Source: a virus
Taxonomy: Duplodnaviria; Caudoviricetes
Strand: one strand, 5' to 3'
Virus record (IMG/VR): IMGVR_UViG_3300009160_002016
Coordinates: 1 to 43,097 of that record
DNA length: 43,097 nucleotides
The notes under the pieces were generated by a model, which worked only from the letters and a program-made list of their open reading frames with translations, made no database searches and had not been told where the DNA came from. The position numbers and the translations under genes were made by a program. Positions 42,642-43,097 of the stretch are shown piece by piece; the stretch's first letter is position 1, and every line of letters begins with the position of its first letter.

Positions 42642-43097
42642 TTACGCGGCCAAGGTCGGCTTCCTTCCGCTACAGAAGCTCAGGCCAACGTGGTTGATGG
42701 CGGTGACCATCACCGCGAATCCGACCTGACGGTCGATGAAGTCATACGCGATCTGGTGACCGTAGACCGAGGACACCGCCGAGCAGTTGACCATTCCCAG
42801 GTCACGCAGCTCGTTGGTGTAATGGTTGGTATACATCCCGCGTCCGCGAATGATGGCCGTGGAGCCCATCGCGTAGCCGAAGCCGTAGGGAACGCCGTTG
42901 GCCGTCACCGGGCAGATGAACGAACCTTCGGGGTGGGTCGAGGTGTTGTTGGCCGAGGACCAAACCACGTTGCCGCAGTTGGTTCCGTTGGCCAGCGCCA
43001 CGTCATGGACCATGTAGCCGTCCGCGTTGTGAGACGCGATGCGATACATGCCCCACTTGCCGCGATCCGCGCCGCTCAGGTTCTCGATGACGACATA
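42642..43097 (-). CDS. Probable major capsid protein, C-terminal part (N4-like/DUF4043-type)
   Basis: Open to the window end (YVVIENLSGADRGKWGMYR...). 'AMGSTAIIRGRG...NELRDLGM...AVSSVYG' resembles the C-terminal motif of this capsid type, and a strong terminator follows. Confidence 0.55.
   Translation of the reverse strand, partial: YVVIENLSGADRGKWGMYRIASHNADGYMVHDVALANGTNCGNVVWSSANNTSTHPEGSFICPVTANGVPYGFGYAMGSTAIIRGRGMYTNHYTNELRDLGMVNCSAVSSVYGHQIAYDFIDRQVGFAVMVTAINHVGLSFCSGRKPTLAA

Overview
This is a GC-rich (roughly 60% by eye) tailed-phage or prophage segment, open at both ends, whose gene content looks podovirus-like. From left to right: (1) a long leftward gene run starting at a Cro-like HTH gene (~12.0 kb), passing through many small ORFs, a replication module (DnaD-like initiator with an internal 26-bp perfect palindrome, DnaB helicase, AEP primase), a His-Me-finger-like protein and an orphan DndC-like PAPS-reductase-family gene, then two Thr-rich proteins and two adaptor-like virion genes; (2) a rightward early region with a candidate annealing protein, a YqaJ exonuclease, a double-AP2 protein, a short tyrosine recombinase, a T5orf172 protein, DUF1064 and an HNH endonuclease; (3) a 490-aa low-complexity protein followed by a giant 5332-aa polyvalent/ejection-type protein; (4) leftward structural genes including the 3' end of a probable major capsid gene. 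Two observations stand out. First, the giant protein is built from enzyme-like modules separated by a recurring peptide linker, LxAS[GA]AxP (8 copies, variable codons), and one copy sits just before an internal twin-arginine signal peptide, which suggests a proteolytically processed, module-shuffled effector polyprotein. Second, a two-hairpin leader RNA with complementary (kissing) loops heads the long leftward operon. All calls come from motif recognition by eye; no searches were run.
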